IMG/VR virus record: IMGVR_UViG_3300021431_000076
Coordinates: 128,001 to 192,000 of that record
Length of the DNA: 64,000 nucleotides
Origin: a virus
Lineage: Duplodnaviria; Caudoviricetes
Reading direction: 5' to 3' (one strand)
Shown: positions 60,047 through 64,000 of the stretch, one piece after another
Position numbering within the stretch: the first letter of the stretch is position 1
Layout: each line of letters begins with the position of its first letter
Translations under genes and position numbers: made by a program
Notes under the pieces: model-generated
Databases searched by the model: none
Told to the model about the DNA's origin: nothing
The model's input: only the letters and a program-made list of their open reading frames with translations

Positions 60047-60799
60047 CAAGGATTACTTAAAGACTTACAGACTCAGATTACTAGTGAAACTAATGCTCGT
60101 ATTGCAGCAGATAATCAAATTAAATCAGATCTAAATGATATTAATACTAATCTTACTAATAAGATTACTAGTGAAACTAATGCTCGTATTGCAGCAGATA
60201 ATCAAATTAAAAGTGATTTGAATACATTAAATACTGACCTTACAAATAAAATTACTAGTGAAACTAATGCTCGTATTGCAGCAGATAATCAAATTAAATC
60301 AGATCTAAATGATCTTAATACTAATCTTACTAATAAGATTACTAGTGAGATTACTAATGAAGCTAATGCTCGTATTGCAGCAGATAATCAAATTAAAAGT
60401 GATTTGAATACATTAAATACTAATCTTACAAATAAAATTACTAGTGAGATTACTAATGAAGCTAATGCTCGTATTGCAGCAGATAATCAACTTAGAAATG
60501 ATTTAGATGCTCTTAATACTAATCTTACTAGTGAAACTAATGCTCGTATTGCAGCAGATAATCAAATTAAATCAGATCTAAATGATCTTAATACTAATCT
60601 TACTAATAAGATTACTAGTGAAACTAATGCTCGTATTGCAGCAGATAATCAACTTAGAAATGATTTAGATGCATTAAATACTACTCTTACTAATCTTTTA
60701 AATACTAAAGTAGCACAGTTAGAAACAAAAATAAACAATCTATTTGATTCTCAAGGAAGATTAGTATTTCCTAATGGGGATAAATTCTGGATAGGGTGA
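59990..60799 (+). CDS. coiled-coil fiber shaft protein
   Basis: ELAPSLQ N-terminal motif; 7 x E(T/A)NARIAADNQ repeats; C-terminal GRLVFPNGDKFWIG. Confidence 0.75.
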   Translation: MSVFNPEDKITLDELAPSLQGLLKDLQTQITSETNARIAADNQIKSDLNDINTNLTNKITSETNARIAADNQIKSDLNTLNTDLTNKITSETNARIAADNQIKSDLNDLNTNLTNKITSEITNEANARIAADNQIKSDLNTLNTNLTNKITSEITNEANARIAADNQLRNDLDALNTNLTSETNARIAADNQIKSDLNDLNTNLTNKITSETNARIAADNQLRNDLDALNTTLTNLLNTKVAQLETKINNLFDSQGRLVFPNGDKFWIG

Positions 60800-60807
60800 T
60801 ATAAATA

Positions 60808-61956
60808 ATGGTACCACAAAAATTATATTATATCAAAAATGGAACAACAGATGTTAAATATGGTTTATCATGGAAAAAATCTGAACTTGATTCTGGTACT
60901 AAACCAGTACTACCATATGATGAAGATATAGATGGTCCTAGAAGCATATCTATTAAATCTAACAATGAATATAGAACTTGGGGACTAAATGAAGATGCAT
61001 CTAATCAACAAGCTGCTATAGATACTATAAATAATACTCCTACTAATACTCAAGTAACTGGCAATACTAACACTACTACTATTGGTGCTAGTGGTGAAAC
61101 AATTCTAAACACTAAAGCCATTGTTGCTCATACTACTGGAATAAGTAGTGGCCAATATCGTGCTATAACTTGTTTATGGAAAATGCCCCTTCAAATATTT
61201 AATAATGGAGTAAATTATGAAGCTCATGTAAAAGGCAAAGTTAGATACTATTATCCTGGTGGTGGAGATAATCTATATAATAATGGCCCTTTAATATCAT
61301 CAGATCCTACATTCGGTGCACCAATGGGTCAATTTGGTAATCTTGGAGAACACAGTGGGTTGTTTGTTTTATGTTGTGGTAATGATGTATTTACCAGTAC
61401 TAACACTATAGCAATTACTAGAGATTATCCTTGGGAATTTCCATATGTATCTGGATTTGATTCTAAAATTAATGGAACATTGTATTCTGCCTGTGATAAA
61501 GCAAGAAAGATAAATTCTATAACTGGATTTTTAGGCCCAGCTAATGAAATAACTGGTGGTGGTGGAGCTCAAGGAACACCTCCTGGATCATCTGCTAATT
61601 GGGGTAGGTTATTTGATATAGATGTAACTGTTCCTATTGGAGGAGATTGGAATGCAGACTTATCTATAGTAATTGGAGTTAATACTCATGGATGGGGAAG
61701 TAATGGTGGTGATGGTTACTATGGTGATGGAAATATCCATTTATGGTTTCAATTACAAGATCTTTCTGCTTATTATACTGCTGGTTGGAGTGATGAATCC
61801 AAACAAGACACTCAATCATCAGGAGCATATGTAATATCTCAAGATGTAGGAAAAGATTTGTCGTCTTTGAATTATAAAAAATCAAGTTCTTCTACTTCAT
61901 ATAGATTATTTACAGATCCTACTCAAGGTGGAGGAGGAAGATTAATTAAAAAATAA
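60808..61956 (+). CDS. putative fiber-tip adhesin
   Basis: Gly/Thr/aromatic-rich; directly follows the shaft gene. Confidence 0.55.
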   Translation: MVPQKLYYIKNGTTDVKYGLSWKKSELDSGTKPVLPYDEDIDGPRSISIKSNNEYRTWGLNEDASNQQAAIDTINNTPTNTQVTGNTNTTTIGASGETILNTKAIVAHTTGISSGQYRAITCLWKMPLQIFNNGVNYEAHVKGKVRYYYPGGGDNLYNNGPLISSDPTFGAPMGQFGNLGEHSGLFVLCCGNDVFTSTNTIAITRDYPWEFPYVSGFDSKINGTLYSACDKARKINSITGFLGPANEITGGGGAQGTPPGSSANWGRLFDIDVTVPIGGDWNADLSIVIGVNTHGWGSNGGDGYYGDGNIHLWFQLQDLSAYYTAGWSDESKQDTQSSGAYVISQDVGKDLSSLNYKKSSSSTSYRLFTDPTQGGGGRLIKK

Positions 61957-61994
61957 CTAAAAATATAGGGAAGCTCAAATGAGCTTCCCTACTA

Positions 61995-62120
61995 TTATTT
62001 CTTATCACTAAATAATCCACCAAGAATATCTAATAGTATTAAGACTAGGAATCCTCCAAATATTACCATGGCCCAAAATATTATATCATCTATAAATTCA
62101 TTTTCAAATCCCACTATCAT
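61995..62120 (-). CDS. 41-aa membrane peptide
   Basis: Start MIVGF behind AAGGGAG; single TM segment. Confidence 0.65.
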   Translation of the reverse strand: MIVGFENEFIDDIIFWAMVIFGGFLVLILLDILGGLFSDKK

Positions 62121-62206
62121 CTCTCCCTTGTCACATAGTCTAACACTTTTCCTAGAATGTATGATACTCCTATAACCATACACCAGAAGAGAAACTCATC
62201 AATCAT
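62117..62206 (-). CDS. 29-aa membrane peptide (not in ORF track)
   Basis: GAGGGAG SD; MIDEFLFWCMVIGVSYILGKVLDYVTRER*; ATGA overlap. Confidence 0.6.
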   Translation of the reverse strand: MIDEFLFWCMVIGVSYILGKVLDYVTRER

Positions 62207-62219
62207 TTTATAACTCCCT

Positions 62220-62351
62220 CTAATCCGATAAAGATTCTAATATAGCTCCTAAGATATCAAAGATAGCTTCAAAGAATCCTATCTTTATTAAAAACCAAAT
62301 ACCTCCTATGCATCCTGCTCCTATTAGTCCATATAACCAATATACATTCAT
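62220..62351 (-). CDS. 43-aa membrane peptide (not in ORF track)
   Basis: GAGGTGA SD; MNVYWLYGLIGAGCIGGIWFLIKIGFFEAIFDILGAILESLSD*; promoter at 62371-62378. Confidence 0.65.
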   Translation of the reverse strand: MNVYWLYGLIGAGCIGGIWFLIKIGFFEAIFDILGAILESLSD

Positions 62352-62388
62352 ACTACATCACCTCATAAATATAATATATGGATAAAAT

Positions 62389-63255
62389 TTACTTTTCTAA
62401 TTCTAGTATTCCGCCTTGTTTTCTATGGATTGTTCCTTTCTCAGTTTCTATTGTAAATTCATCTTGAAGAGTATCCATTATATTAATCTGAGTGAGATAT
62501 GCAGGTAATGTATGCATTTGAATCTTATCTACTAGATCTCTTAGTTCTATAGCTTCTCCATTGTAAGTACAAGATTTTACTTCTTCTAGTCCATTATCTT
62601 TCATAAACTTTTCTACTATATCAAATTCTGTTCTAATCTTTCCCATCTCTTCTTTTCTAACTGTTAATATATCTCTAACCATTATATCTTCAAACTCTTG
62701 TTCATTTTCATCTATAGTTTTTACCATAAGTTTAGTAAGAGATTGAGATAGTATTAAAGCTTGGACTTTTCTTACTTCATCTTCTTCTCTCTTTAGCTCT
62801 TTCTCTATTTCATCTCTTTTATTTTGATATTCTATATAGTTTTCCATTATATCTTCATTTACCTGACGATTTAGAATTTCTATTTTATCATCAGTCATTT
62901 TATTAAAATCATGAACTACGTATATCTGACCATTAGCAGTCATGATATAAAACTTTACTTCTATATCATGATTAAGCAAATCTACTTCATGATTATCTAT
63001 TTCATTATAAATATCTGCTAAAAAATATCCTCTCACATCTGCTTCTTTTATAGCATCAAATGCACAAAAGGAATTAAAAGTATAATTTCCATTTTGAAGC
63101 CATTTATATTCATCTTCAGGATCGATATTTGCATTTTCATATATAAAACCTTTAAGTTTTTTAACAATTCCTGGAGTACCATCACAAAGAGAATAAAATA
63201 CATCTTCATCTAATAACTCAGTATTAGTAATAGCATAAATATGAATCTTGATCAT
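62389..63255 (-). CDS. acidic hypothetical protein with coiled coil
   Basis: AGGAG SD; AACT-N6-TAA at 63285-63297. Confidence 0.8.
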   Translation of the reverse strand: MIKIHIYAITNTELLDEDVFYSLCDGTPGIVKKLKGFIYENANIDPEDEYKWLQNGNYTFNSFCAFDAIKEADVRGYFLADIYNEIDNHEVDLLNHDIEVKFYIMTANGQIYVVHDFNKMTDDKIEILNRQVNEDIMENYIEYQNKRDEIEKELKREEDEVRKVQALILSQSLTKLMVKTIDENEQEFEDIMVRDILTVRKEEMGKIRTEFDIVEKFMKDNGLEEVKSCTYNGEAIELRDLVDKIQMHTLPAYLTQINIMDTLQDEFTIETEKGTIHRKQGGILELEK

Positions 63256-63357
63256 GTTGTTCTCCTCCTATATAGTCTGTTTTCTTATCTTAAAGTTTGC
63301 CTTATAATAATTGGTCACATTTAGATAATGAGAACAACGAAGGAGGTTAATAAGAAA

Positions 63358-64000
63358 ATGCCTATTCTACAATATTATGGAAATGATATTCTTGATATAG
63401 ACGTATCTACTCCTAATAACTATCCAAGAGTTATGGGAGTAGTTTTAATGATGGGTAAAGTTAAACTAATCCCACCATCTAGATTAGACTATTCTTTTTC
63501 AGGAACAGTAAGTATGGTTCCAGAAATGCTAATCCCATCAGAATTAGACGGAACAGTAACTTTACAACAATCTCAATATGGTCCAGGTAATAATAGTAAT
63601 CCTGGAAATATAGTAATAACAGGAAGTTGGATAGATGGAAAAGTAACATTCTCAAATGCTAAAGTTGTTATACCACCTGTTACTATTGATGGTATGGTGC
63701 AATTAACAACTACAGTTCTAGACGAGCCATTATTAGATCCTATAGAAATAGACGTTCCTCAAGAAGTAGGAACTGATGTATTAACTGGATCTGTAACTTT
63801 ACAACAAGAATTTTATGATGAACCATCTAATGATATAACTGGATCTGTATTTTTAACATATTATTTATATAAAAAAGATGGTGTTACTGGATTTGTAACA
63901 CTTCCTAAAATAGAAGTGGTTCAAGATATTGATGGAGACGTAAGTATCTTAAAAGAAGACTATGAAGAAGAATTATTTGATATAGCAGTAAGAGTTCCTA
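63358..64000 (+). CDS. 3'-truncated putative virion protein with (L/I)xG.V.L repeats
   Basis: AAGGAGG SD; CACA-N6-TAA at 63316-63328; frame open to the window end; repeats resemble those of 36546. Confidence 0.75.
   Translation, partial: MPILQYYGNDILDIDVSTPNNYPRVMGVVLMMGKVKLIPPSRLDYSFSGTVSMVPEMLIPSELDGTVTLQQSQYGPGNNSNPGNIVITGSWIDGKVTFSNAKVVIPPVTIDGMVQLTTTVLDEPLLDPIEIDVPQEVGTDVLTGSVTLQQEFYDEPSNDITGSVFLTYYLYKKDGVTGFVTLPKIEVVQDIDGDVSILKEDYEEELFDIAVRVP

Noticed and set aside
54491-61956. Diversity-generating retroelement or invertase shufflon at the fiber genes
   Set aside because: No reverse transcriptase or recombinase is in the window. The repeats are direct, lie at gene starts, and show no adenine-specific mismatches.
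1-64000. Stop-codon reassignment
   Set aside because: Long conserved genes are uninterrupted in the standard code, and TAA, TGA and TAG all end genes at sensible positions.
1-64000. Chimallin or PhuZ (phage nucleus) genes
   Set aside because: No tubulin signature or recognisable chimallin is in this window; nothing can be said about the rest of the genome.

Overview
Very AT-rich, gene-dense segment of a jumbo tailed bacteriophage of the phiKZ/AR9(PBS1)-like type, using the standard genetic code. The host is probably a Bacillota member, given the strong AGGAGG Shine-Dalgarno (SD) sites. The window encodes a split multisubunit RNA polymerase beta-like subunit, GyrB, a DnaB-like helicase, an SbcD-like nuclease, an SF1B helicase, a DHH phosphoesterase, dUTPase, a deaminase, PhoH, an amidase, an xpaC-telA pair and tRNA-Arg(TCT). 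It also carries a long block of virion, baseplate and fiber genes with internal repeats. Two phage promoter classes can be read from the DNA: TATA(C/T)TAT-N4-(A/T/G)TGA (about 21 copies) and NAC(A/T)-N6-TA(A/G) (about 18 copies). Four items stand out. (1) A self-contained operon pairs a radical SAM/SPASM enzyme with a fiber-like repeat protein ending in a Cys/Asp-rich, ranthipeptide-like tail, suggesting RiPP-style modification of a virion protein. (2) A covarying 5'-leader RNA structure that buries the start codon precedes three unrelated early genes. (3) Several promoter-bounded, ORF-less structured RNAs expose SD or anti-SD sequences. (4) A direct repeat flanks a tail-fiber cassette. All calls come from motif reading by eye; no database searches were run.
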